Of a stretch of DNA of 64,000 nucleotides, positions 40,614 through 49,800 are shown one piece after another. The stretch's first letter is position 1. Each line of letters starts with the position of its first letter. The translations under genes were made by a program, and so were the position numbers. The notes beneath the pieces are model-generated. The model was not told where the DNA came from. It was given only the letters and a program-made list of their open reading frames with translations, and did no database searches. The stretch spans positions 32,001-96,000 of the forward strand of contig JBKAGE010000070.1 of the NCBI GenBank assembly GCA_046290225.1, given 5' to 3'. Source of the DNA: Bradymonadia bacterium (GTDB taxonomy: Bacteria > Myxococcota_A > Bradymonadia > UBA7976 > UBA1532).

Positions 40614-42188
40614 ATGCGGGTGTTGCTCTGTTCAATCGTGATGATGGGCCTGGTGGCAGGGTGCAGTGAAGATCTCGGCGAGCCGGTGGGCGGCGCCGGT
40701 GATGACACCGCGACGCCGATCACAGGGCTGGACTACCTGACACACGACAACGCCGAAGATCTCGTCGAGACCACCGTGGGCTTCAAGAACCCCGTGCCGG
40801 GGATCCCCGAGCGCTTCGACCGAAACCGGGTGGTGGACGACAGCTTCTTCAACGCCTCCAACGCCGTGACCGCTGCCCAGGTGCAGGCCTTCCTGGAGCG
40901 CAACCCCTACGGCACCCGCACCTTCCTCGCTGACACCCGCATCAACGGGGTCCAGGCCTCGGAGGCCATCGTCACCGCCTCGAGGGCACACGGCATCAAC
41001 CCCATCATGATGATCGCCCGCATGCAGGTGGAGAAGAGCCTCATCTCCAAGACCCGGCGGCCTTCGTCGAGCTCGGTGGACTACGCCTTCGGATGCGGCT
41101 GCCCGGACGGCCGGGCCTGCAACGCGCGCTTCCGTGGCCTCGACAAGCAGATCGAGTGTGCCGCCAACACCCTGCGCCGTCGCTACGACGAGTCGGTACA
41201 GGGGAACGGCATCTGGAACCGTGGTGTCGGCAAGCGCTCCCTCGATCCGCTGCGCATCGTGCCGGCGACCCACGCCACAGCTTCTCTCTACGCGTATACC
41301 CCTTGGGTCCTCGAGGGCCGAGGCGGCAACTGGCTGGTGTGGAACATCACGCTGCGCTTTGCCCGGCACTTCGCCAGCCTCGGTGACGTGAACATCGATG
41401 ACGACGGCGGTGATGATGATGTCGGGGCCTCACTCTGGGTGGGCGATCTGTGCTCACCAGAGGCAGACGATCCCTGCAGCTACAGCAACGCCGGCACCGA
41501 GGGTCACTGTCAGCCGCTCTCTGCAGAGCAAGGTGTATGCTCCATCGCCTGCGAGGGCCTGTGCCCGGACCGCTCTGGCCGCACGTCGACCTTCTGCGTA
41601 GATGGCTCGCTCTTCGGGGCCGTGGGTGGTGGGGTGTGCACAGTGTACGCCACCTCGGCGAACAACGACTGCGCAGCTCTGGGCATGGTGGCCCGCTCGA
41701 CCCGCCGCTATGTAGGCGGCAGCGGGTCCCGGAACCGTACCGCCCGGGTGTGCGTGCCTTCGGAGCCCCCGGCGCTGGCGCCGCCCGTGGAGGAGCCCCC
41801 TGCTGAGGATCCCCCCGCAGAAGAGCCGCCGATGGAAGAGCCGCCCATGGAGGAGCCGCTCAACCCATGTGACCCTTCTGCGCCTGCTCAAGGCACGTGC
41901 AATGGCGAAGTCGTGAGCCGCTGCGTCAACGGCGCCCCAGTGACGCTGGACTGCGGTGCGATGCGACAGACCTGTGAGATCGGCCCGAGCGGGGCGGCTT
42001 GTCTGCCAGGCAAGGTGTCGGCGAGCGAGTCAGACCCCCGCTGCGGCGACACGCTGACCTTCGAGGGGGCCTGTGACGGCGATGTAGCCTTGTGGTGCTC
42101 CCGCGGCGACGTGTACGCGGTGGACTGCCGCTGGTACGGCCGCGGCTGCGGTTTCGGCAACGACGGCAATGGCTACTGGTGTCGCTAG
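40614..42188 (+). CDS. Lipoprotein with putative lysozyme-like/cell-wall hydrolase domain, Pro/Glu linker and Cys-rich C-terminal domains
   Basis: LVAGC lipobox; GINPIMMIARMQVEKSLI...FGCGCPDG...QIECAA...ATASLYAYTPW; (EEPPx)n linker; many Cys. Confidence 0.65.
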   Translation: MRVLLCSIVMMGLVAGCSEDLGEPVGGAGDDTATPITGLDYLTHDNAEDLVETTVGFKNPVPGIPERFDRNRVVDDSFFNASNAVTAAQVQAFLERNPYGTRTFLADTRINGVQASEAIVTASRAHGINPIMMIARMQVEKSLISKTRRPSSSSVDYAFGCGCPDGRACNARFRGLDKQIECAANTLRRRYDESVQGNGIWNRGVGKRSLDPLRIVPATHATASLYAYTPWVLEGRGGNWLVWNITLRFARHFASLGDVNIDDDGGDDDVGASLWVGDLCSPEADDPCSYSNAGTEGHCQPLSAEQGVCSIACEGLCPDRSGRTSTFCVDGSLFGAVGGGVCTVYATSANNDCAALGMVARSTRRYVGGSGSRNRTARVCVPSEPPALAPPVEEPPAEDPPAEEPPMEEPPMEEPLNPCDPSAPAQGTCNGEVVSRCVNGAPVTLDCGAMRQTCEIGPSGAACLPGKVSASESDPRCGDTLTFEGACDGDVALWCSRGDVYAVDCRWYGRGCGFGNDGNGYWCR

Positions 42189-42376
42189 GGGCTCCGGAGC
42201 TACGGTCACGTTCGCGGGCTCGGCCTGAGGGGGATTTGGGAGAGGAGTACGGAGCTTGGGGGAGGCGGATTTGGGGCTGGTGTGGTGTTTTTTGGGCGCG
42301 CTCACTATTTTGCCCCGCGTTGATCTGACGCGGGACTTGCCTTCTGAACGCTGATCATCCCCTCGAACCCTTTCTG

Positions 42377-43672
42377 TTGAGTCTGGCGGGCTTCTTGATG
42401 GAGCACGGCTGCCCCACACATCGCCTGGAGCAGGTGGTGGTGATGACGGCCGAGCTTCATGAAGTGCGGGCAGAGGTCTTCGCGGTGCCCACCGGGCTCT
42501 GGATGAGCCTGAATTTGCCCAATGGCGAGGTGAACACCCGCATGCTCCGCGTACACACGTGGACAGTGGATCTCGGAGCGCTCTCGGCGGCGGATGAAGT
42601 GTTCAACGAGGTGATGGATCGCAGGTTGTCTCTGCAGGCGGGCTGTGATCGCCTGGCTGAATTGCGAGCGGCCCGCCGCGGGCCTGGGCCCTGGGGTGCG
42701 GCGCTGGCGGGGTTGGTGGCCTCTGCTTCGGCCTCGCTGTTGTTCGGAGGCCGTTGGCTGGAGGCTCTCGCAGGTGGGGTGCTGGGCGGGACGGCCCTGG
42801 CCCTCGGCGCATGGCTGGGGCGCAATCGCTCGACGCGCTTGCTGATGGATTTCGCATTTGGAGCCCTGGCAGGCTTTGGCTCTGGAGGTGTGGTCCTGCT
42901 GGCGGAGTCTCTGAGCCTGCCGGTGGAGCCCAAGGCGGTGCTCTTGTCGGGGCTGATCGTCTTCGTGCCCGGCCTCACGCTGACGGCGGGCCTGTCGGAG
43001 CTGGCCCACAAGAACCTCGTGAGCGGGACGGCCCGCCTGCTGGACGCCATCGTGGTGCTGCTGTTGTTGCTGTCGGGGGTCGCAGGGGCTCTGGCGATTC
43101 TGCCGCCGGTGGGCGCGAGCGCGCTGCCGCACGCCCAGTTGGACCCGCTGATGCTGTTGGGGCTCCAGAGCGCTGCGATCCTCTGCGCAGGTGGGGGATT
43201 CCTGGCCCTCTTTGCGGTGCCCCGTGGGCAATGGGTGTGGGTGCTGCTGGGCTGCCTCCTTGCCTTCGGTGGAGAGCGCCTGGGCAGCACGCTGCTCAAG
43301 CACGCAGCAGCGGGTGCCTTTGCAGGCACGCTGTGTTTGGGGCTGTACGCCAACATGCTGGCCCGTATTCGGCAACGTCCAGCTCAGGTGTTTCTGGTGC
43401 CGGGGCTGGTGTTGCTGGTGCCCGGCGCCTTCGGCTTCATCAGCTTCGGACAGTTGCTCCGCGGTGAGGTGGCTGGTGGGGTATCGGGGGTGTTCACCAC
43501 GCTGGTGGTGGCCTCGGCCTTGGTGCTGGGCCTTCTGGTGGCGAACGCCGCGCTCCCCTCACGGAAAGTACCTCTGGCTGCCCGGCTGCGGCCGCCTGCG
43601 CCGCGATGCGCGGCGCAGGCGGCCGCGAACGTGACCTCCGCTCCTCCGCGGGCTCGGCCTGATGTGGGTTGA
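42377..43672 (+). CDS. Threonine/serine exporter (ThrE family)
   Basis: EHGCPTHRLE, IVFVPGLTLTAGLSELAHKNLVSGTARL, LVPGLVLLVPG; about 10 hydrophobic helices. Confidence 0.88.
   Translation: MSLAGFLMEHGCPTHRLEQVVVMTAELHEVRAEVFAVPTGLWMSLNLPNGEVNTRMLRVHTWTVDLGALSAADEVFNEVMDRRLSLQAGCDRLAELRAARRGPGPWGAALAGLVASASASLLFGGRWLEALAGGVLGGTALALGAWLGRNRSTRLLMDFAFGALAGFGSGGVVLLAESLSLPVEPKAVLLSGLIVFVPGLTLTAGLSELAHKNLVSGTARLLDAIVVLLLLLSGVAGALAILPPVGASALPHAQLDPLMLLGLQSAAILCAGGGFLALFAVPRGQWVWVLLGCLLAFGGERLGSTLLKHAAAGAFAGTLCLGLYANMLARIRQRPAQVFLVPGLVLLVPGAFGFISFGQLLRGEVAGGVSGVFTTLVVASALVLGLLVANAALPSRKVPLAARLRPPAPRCAAQAAANVTSAPPRARPDVG
43588..43626. repeat. Perfect 18-bp inverted repeat (hairpin)
   Basis: GCGGCCGCCTGCGCCGCG-ATG-CGCGGCGCAGGCGGCCGC. 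Confidence 0.9.
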
Positions 43673-43686
43673 GGAGGGACAGTTTA

Positions 43687-44331
43687 TCAGGGCTGGCAGA
43701 AGACAGGGTTTTTGATGAAGTACTGGCCTGTGACGAGAGTGAACTCTCCTGTGACCACGACATCCTTGTTGCGCCCCTCGATGGGGTAGCAGACCTCGGT
43801 CTCGTCACCTCGGGCTTGGAATCGTTTGGGATTCTTCTCGTCGGTGAAAGCGAGGGTTTCCTGGCTGGTCTTGCTGCCGAGGACCATGTCGCCGCTGCAG
43901 GTGTTGCAACAGGGCATGTCACAGGCCATCTCGGTGCAGCCGGCGTTGGCCACCAGAGTGCCGCTGTAGATGACGGTCGAGCCGACCTTGGGCGGCTGGC
44001 GGAGATCGACGCCCGTGAATGGCTCCGCCTTGATGTCGGCAACACACTTGGCAACCTTCTCGGCAGCAGGGCAGCCCTTGTCCTTCTGGCACTGCACCTT
44101 GGGTGGCTCCGCCGCAGGGGCTGGCGCGTCGGCCTTTGCTGATGGGTTGGCTGTGGCCTGATCTGCTGGTGTGCTGGGCTTGGCCTTGTCGGCCGGGGTG
44201 TCTGCAGCCTTCTTGCCACCTGTGGCTTTGTTGTCTGCTGTCTTGTTATCAGCCGCTTTGTCGTCCTGGGCCTTCTTCCCACAAGCAAAGGTGCCAACAG
44301 ACAACAAAACGCATACGAGCAGAGTCTTCAT
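43687..44331 (-). CDS. Hypothetical lipoprotein with Ala/Lys/Asp-rich linker and Cys-rich OB-fold-like domain
   Basis: MKTLLVCVLLSVGTFAC lipobox; ADNK repeats; CTEMACDMPCCNTC motif. Confidence 0.72.
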   Translation of the reverse strand: MKTLLVCVLLSVGTFACGKKAQDDKAADNKTADNKATGGKKAADTPADKAKPSTPADQATANPSAKADAPAPAAEPPKVQCQKDKGCPAAEKVAKCVADIKAEPFTGVDLRQPPKVGSTVIYSGTLVANAGCTEMACDMPCCNTCSGDMVLGSKTSQETLAFTDEKNPKRFQARGDETEVCYPIEGRNKDVVVTGEFTLVTGQYFIKNPVFCQP

Positions 44332-44579
44332 CTGAATCATGAAACGGGCTCCGAGTGGTGTACCGCGAGTTGCGCGCGCGGAGGTGAGAAGTTCTCCGAG
44401 AAAGAGACTCTCATCAACCCTCTTGCCATCTACATGTACCCAGCCTCTCTCAACCCACATCAGGCCCGGCCCGCGGAGAGGCGCAGGCCTCGGTCTTCGG
44501 TGGCTGCGTCGTGAGGCGTGGTGGCTGAGTGGTGACTCAACCGCAGGCGCAGCTGCGCTGCGTCGAGGATTGCGGCGCC

Positions 44580-44700
44580 GCTCAGACGGCGCGTATCGCG
44601 ACGCAGACGCCGGAGAACGAGACCGGAGCCTCGGAGCCCCGCTCAGACGGCGCGCATCGCGGCGCAGACGCCGGAGAACGAGACCGGAGCCTCGGAGCCC
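44580..44700. repeat. 61-bp tandem duplication (2 copies)
   Basis: 44580-44640 and 44641-44700 GCTCAGACGGCGCGYATCGCGRCGCAGACGCCGGAGAACGAGACCGGAGCCTCGGAGCCC, two mismatches. Confidence 0.92.
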
Positions 44701-46202
44701 TACCAAAACACCCCCGACAACCGCCAAAAGCTATATCCGCCGATCCCCACACCCAGCAGATACACCCACCCAACGAACTTCAGCATGCCCAGCTCAGTCG
44801 AGCCTCTCCGGCGCCACCACACCGGCCCCACCAGCAGAAAGCCACCGAGCAGTACCCACCAGAACCCGATGCGATGTAGCCAGCCCATTCCGTAATAGAA
44901 GTCGCTGTTTCGCTTCGCGCGGTCCTCCACCATCGTGCGGCCCATACGGCCGAAGAATCCCAGCTCATCCGTGCGTTCGAAGTCGTCGTTCACGTGCACC
45001 ACAGCGTTGCCCAGGCCACCCATCAGCCAGTAGCCGCCCTGTGGTGAAGGCATCGCCTTGAAGCCCGTGTGCAGCCAGAAGCTGTTCGCGATCGGGGGCC
45101 CCGCCTCACCCTGCTCGAAGCGTGCATTCAGCAGCTGTGCGTAGAGATCTCGATGCGCGTTCCTGCTCAGCGCCACCCATTGCCCCTTCACTCGGACCAT
45201 GAAGGGCATCTCGAAGACGAACAGCTGCTCCAGCCCCGTGTCCGTCACCACATAGTCCGAGTTCGTCAGGAGCAGGCTCACCTCTGGGGGCAATGGTGGC
45301 TCCTGCCACTCGCCGTCGCGCAGGACCAGCGCAGGACGCGCCCCCCAGGACCTCGGCGGTGCGTAGACATCAGTCATGTCGAGCAGCGGATCTTCGAGAT
45401 GCACGAACGATGCGCTCAGTGCACGGGCCCGGGCGTGGTTTCGGCCCAGAGCATCCGTTTTGGGCGCAATGGGCAGGCGGAGCAGCTGGGTCGGAGCAGG
45501 CATCGTCTGCAGGGTCGATTCCATGAGCTGCACATCGAGTGTCTTGCCACCATCATATGTATTCGACCGTTGTGACCAGACGAAGCGCCAACCTTCATCT
45601 GTCCACCGACAGCCCTCGCCTTTGCTCGTGTAGCCCTTGGGTACAGGGATCTCGACCCCCTTCTCGTGGGTCCAGGAGAGTTCGTCCAGGCTCAACCGTG
45701 AGACTTGGGGTTGGTGCAGACCGCGCGTCCCCGCCATCTCGAGGGTGCGACCATCCAACCGGAGGCATTGTGTGAACAGGGCTGGCCCCTCAGCCAGCCG
45801 CTTCACCGATGACGAGGTGAGGTGCAGCACCTGCTGCTCTGCAACGACCAGCAGCCCACCGTCAGGATGTGGGATCACACCTGTGAGCGACCGAAAGTTG
45901 CCTTTGCCTTCAGGCGACTTCAACAGCGTCGCTGTGTGATTGGGCAAATCGAAGTGGGTGACGAACTCGGTGATCTGCTCACCACGGCGCTGCTCACACA
46001 GCTGCCAGGCATCCTCTCCCCAGGCGTACATCGGACCGTGGCAATGAATGCTCCAGCGATCGACCGGCGCCCCCGTGGCGTCGACGTAGTTGATCTGGTG
46101 TGCCGGTGAAGCTGTGGTGATCGTGCGCCAGATCAGACGGCCCCAGGCGAAGACCGTCATCACCACACATACCCAAAGCAGCGCCTTCAGCCCTTTGCTC
46201 AT
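44700..46202 (-). CDS. Hypothetical membrane protein (N-terminal TM, large extracytoplasmic domain, two C-terminal TMs)
   Basis: 500-aa ORF with plausible codon usage and hydrophobic segments at both ends; no family recognised. Confidence 0.65.
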   Translation of the reverse strand: MSKGLKALLWVCVVMTVFAWGRLIWRTITTASPAHQINYVDATGAPVDRWSIHCHGPMYAWGEDAWQLCEQRRGEQITEFVTHFDLPNHTATLLKSPEGKGNFRSLTGVIPHPDGGLLVVAEQQVLHLTSSSVKRLAEGPALFTQCLRLDGRTLEMAGTRGLHQPQVSRLSLDELSWTHEKGVEIPVPKGYTSKGEGCRWTDEGWRFVWSQRSNTYDGGKTLDVQLMESTLQTMPAPTQLLRLPIAPKTDALGRNHARARALSASFVHLEDPLLDMTDVYAPPRSWGARPALVLRDGEWQEPPLPPEVSLLLTNSDYVVTDTGLEQLFVFEMPFMVRVKGQWVALSRNAHRDLYAQLLNARFEQGEAGPPIANSFWLHTGFKAMPSPQGGYWLMGGLGNAVVHVNDDFERTDELGFFGRMGRTMVEDRAKRNSDFYYGMGWLHRIGFWWVLLGGFLLVGPVWWRRRGSTELGMLKFVGWVYLLGVGIGGYSFWRLSGVFW

Positions 46203-46821
46203 CTTGCACTCCCACGTAACTTCACGGCTCTCACGTGTGTATCACGACAACCGAGGAACGTCCGACATGCCACATGATGCGGAGTGGCAGGTGGCCATGC
46301 ATGGTTTTGATGCTCTGTCCCTCGCTGAACGTGCCGATGTGACGGCGCGTATCGAGGCGGTGAGGCACCATGTTGACGGCGGAGAGCGATCTCGACGCCC
46401 TCGAAGCGGCGGCTGAAGGTCCCATCATCTGGGGCAACCAGGACGCCCTTGAGACCACACTCGCTCACCAGTTTGGCCACGAGATCGACATCGTGACGTG
46501 GTTTGAAGATGTAGGGAAATGAATGGGGCAACGCACACAGGTGCGCACAAAAATACGCACCCATAACCTTTCGTTTTCTCAGCGCTTCCTCTCAGTGCCA
46601 CCTCGAATACTCACGCCCTTGACCCTCATGTCACCCCCGCGACATCGAAAATGGCGGCATGTGCATATGGTTTTTCGCACCTGAATCATCATTCAGTACC
46701 TCTTGAGGCCTCGCACCACACCCATACCTTTGTTTTTATAACGTTTACTCGCCACACTGCGCCGCCGGCATGATTCCAGCATGAGGCCGGGCCTTCATCT
46801 GAGTGCATATGCGAGGCGTGC

Positions 46822-49800
46822 ATGATCCCCCCAGCAGCGAGCACCTCCCAAAACACCCTCTTCACTGTGTTGCCCACTCTGGGCGCCTGGCAAGACCGGG
46901 CCGTGAGCACCCTCGCCACCGGCGCCGCCGTCGTGCTCGACCTCGGTGATCGCCCTGTGGATGTCGCCGCCGCCCCGACCCACGCGTCGCTGTGGTGGCG
47001 CGTAGGCAGTCATCGCAGCGCCGACCTCGCCGCGTTGCTCGACCGTGGCGGCCGCGCTGAGGGGCTGTGGATTGCAGCGGGTCATCGCTTCGAGGATGTA
47101 CAGGTGGCCGTGGCGCAGCTGAAGCGCCGTGCCCCGAGCCGGCCCATCGCCGTGGAGGTCCTCTCCCGTCAGGAGGCAGAGGCTGCGATGGCCGCCGGGG
47201 CCACCATGGTGGTCTGCAAGGGCCTCGAGGCCGGCGGCTTCATCGGCGAAGAGAGCATCTCCGTGCTCACCCGAGCCTGCGCCGAGGTGGCCCCCATGGT
47301 GGTGGCCTGGGGTGGCGCTGGCCCTGATAGCGTCGCCGCCTTGAAGGCGCTCGGTGCATGTGGGGCGGTCCTCGCAGACGCCCTGATGCTCGCCTCGGAT
47401 GCCCCCACCGGCGAGGCCCTGCGCAAGATTCTGCATCGCTTCGACCCTCGAGACACCCGCACACTCGGCCGACAGTTCAACCGCCGCCTCGGGGTCTTCG
47501 CACAGCTGGGCACCCGGCCTGTACGGGCGCTCGAAGCTGAAGCCGCAAGCCTCTTCAAGGGCCACGAGGCGCAAGGGGCTGAGCAGTTCTGGGGCCAGGT
47601 CCGTGACACCCTCGCCGACGATGTGTCGACCTGGAACCCGAAGACGCACGTGCTCGCCCTTGGTCAGGAGGCCGCCCTCGCCCGCCACCTGATGGCCGCC
47701 GTGGGCGCCGAGGGCACCACCGCCGATCTGGTGAGCCATGTGCAGCGCGTCACCGCGGAGATCGAGGCCGGCGTCGCCGCCGACTTCCCGCTCCAGGCAG
47801 GCGCAGGCATCTGCCGCACCAACGGCACCGTCCTGCCGATTCATCAGGGCCCCATGGCCCAGACCAGCGACGTGCCGGCCTTCGCCGAAGCCGTGGCCCG
47901 TGCCGGCGCCATGCCCTGGCTGGCCCTGGCGAACATGCCCACCCACGTCGCCGAGAAGCTCATGGTGGAGACCGCGGCCCGCCTCGGCGATCTGCCCTGG
48001 GGTGCCGGCATCATCGGCCTCGAGGCCAACCCCTACCGCGACGCCCACATCGAGCTGATCAAGAAGTACCGGCCTCAGAGCGCCCTCGTCGCAGCGGGCA
48101 CCACGGAGCAGGCGCAGCAGATCGAGAACTTCGGGGTGCCCAGCTGGCTGCACACCCCGACGCCGAACCTGGTCCAGGGGGCCCTGGCCGCCGGGGCCAC
48201 CCGATTGATTCTGGAGGGCAGCGAGGCGGGCGGCCACGTGGGCACCCTCGGCGGGCTGCTGCTCTGGCAGCTCGGCGCTCTGGAGATGATGGCCGCCATC
48301 GACGAGGGCGTTGCTCAGGCCGACGCCCTCGCCGTGACCCCCGCAGGGGGCATCGGCGACGCTCGATCTGCAGCGGCGGCCGCCACGGTGATGTGGCGTC
48401 TGCATCGCCGCGGCGTGGCTGTGGGCGTGCAGATGGGCACCGCCTACCTCATGACCGAGGAGATCGTCTCCACCGGCGCCCTCACGGCGTACTACCAGAC
48501 CGCCGCCATGCAGGTGGGGCAGACCGTGCTCATGGGCGAGTCGGTGCGCACGCCCACCCGCGTGCTCGACACGCCTCAGGCCACTCGGGTGCTCGCCCGA
48601 GAGGTGGCCCGCGAGGTGGCTCGGGCGCCCCTGGGCGAGCGCAAGTCGGCCTATGAGCACGACAACCTCGGCGGCCTCCGCGCCGCGGCGAAGGGCCAGA
48701 AGATCGACAAGATCATCCCAGGCCAGGGGGCGCTGTTCTGTCCGATCCCCATCGATGAGCAGCAGGACACCGGGCTGTTCCACATCGGCCAGGGTGTGGC
48801 CCTCGTGAAGGGCACCACCACCATGGCCGCCCTGCACCACGACGTCACCGAGGGTGCCCGGGCCGTGATGGCCGGCGAGGCCCCTCGACAGCAGCGGAGC
48901 GTCCCCACCGAGCATGCGGCGCCTTCTGCTCTGGCAGCGAGCGCGCCCGAGGGAGCCATCGCCATCGTCGGCGTCGGCTGCTGCCTGCCCGATGCCCTCA
49001 CCGTGGAGCAGTTCTGGCGCAACCTCATCGAGGGCCACAGCGCCATCGGCGAGGTCCCCGAGTCACGGTGGTCCACTGATCTGTTCTACAACGCAGATCC
49101 CAAGGCTGAAGATCGCACCTACAGCCGCATCGGCGGCTTTGTGCGGGACTTCAAGTTCGACCGCAAGGCCTTCCGCCTCCCGCCGAAGGTGGTCTCCCGC
49201 ATCGACGTGGGGCAGCAGTGGGCCCTCGAGGCCACTCGGCAGGCCCTCACCGACGCCGGGCTCTATGGCGACGACGCCAAGGCCTTCGACCGCAGTCGCT
49301 GCGCAGTCATCCTCGGCAACGCCATGGGGGGTGATACCCGCGACCTCACGAACTTCCGCTTGAACATGCCAAGGTTCCTGCAGGCCCTCGACGGGGTGCT
49401 CACCGAGGTGGATCCGGAGCTGGGTCGCCGGCTGCAGGCCATGAAGTCCGATCTCGAGGCCCGCTTGAAGGTGGGGCAGCTGGTGGTGGACGAAGACGCC
49501 ATGCCCGGGGAGCTGTCGAACATCGTCGCCGGTCGCGTGGCCCAGGTCTTCGATCTGCATGGCCCCAACTTCACCACCGACGCCGCCTGCGCCAGCAGCA
49601 TGGCTGCCCTGCAGGGGGCCATCGAGGGTCTGCGCAGCAAGCGCTTCGACATCGCCGTCTCTGGTGGCGTCGACAGCAGCATGGGCATGCCTGCCTATGT
49701 GAAGTTCTCGAAGATCGGCGCCCTCTCGGCCACGGGCTCGCGGCCCTTCGACGCCGGCGCCGATGGCTTTGTGATGGGTGAGGGCGCCGCGGTCCTGGTG

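Noticed and set aside
42228..42276. G-rich tract able in principle to form a G-quadruplex
   Set aside because: Loops are long and G-runs are common at this GC content; no supporting evidence
44413..44428. Sigma-54-like TGGCAAGAGGGTTGAT on the minus strand before the lipoprotein gene
   Set aside because: The -12 element is GA rather than GC; too weak to call
42186..44702. Integron attC cassette interpretation of the repeats
   Set aside because: No clear RYYYAAC...GTTRRRY box pairs, genes are in mixed orientation, and no integrase is visible; needs IntegronFinder to exclude formally
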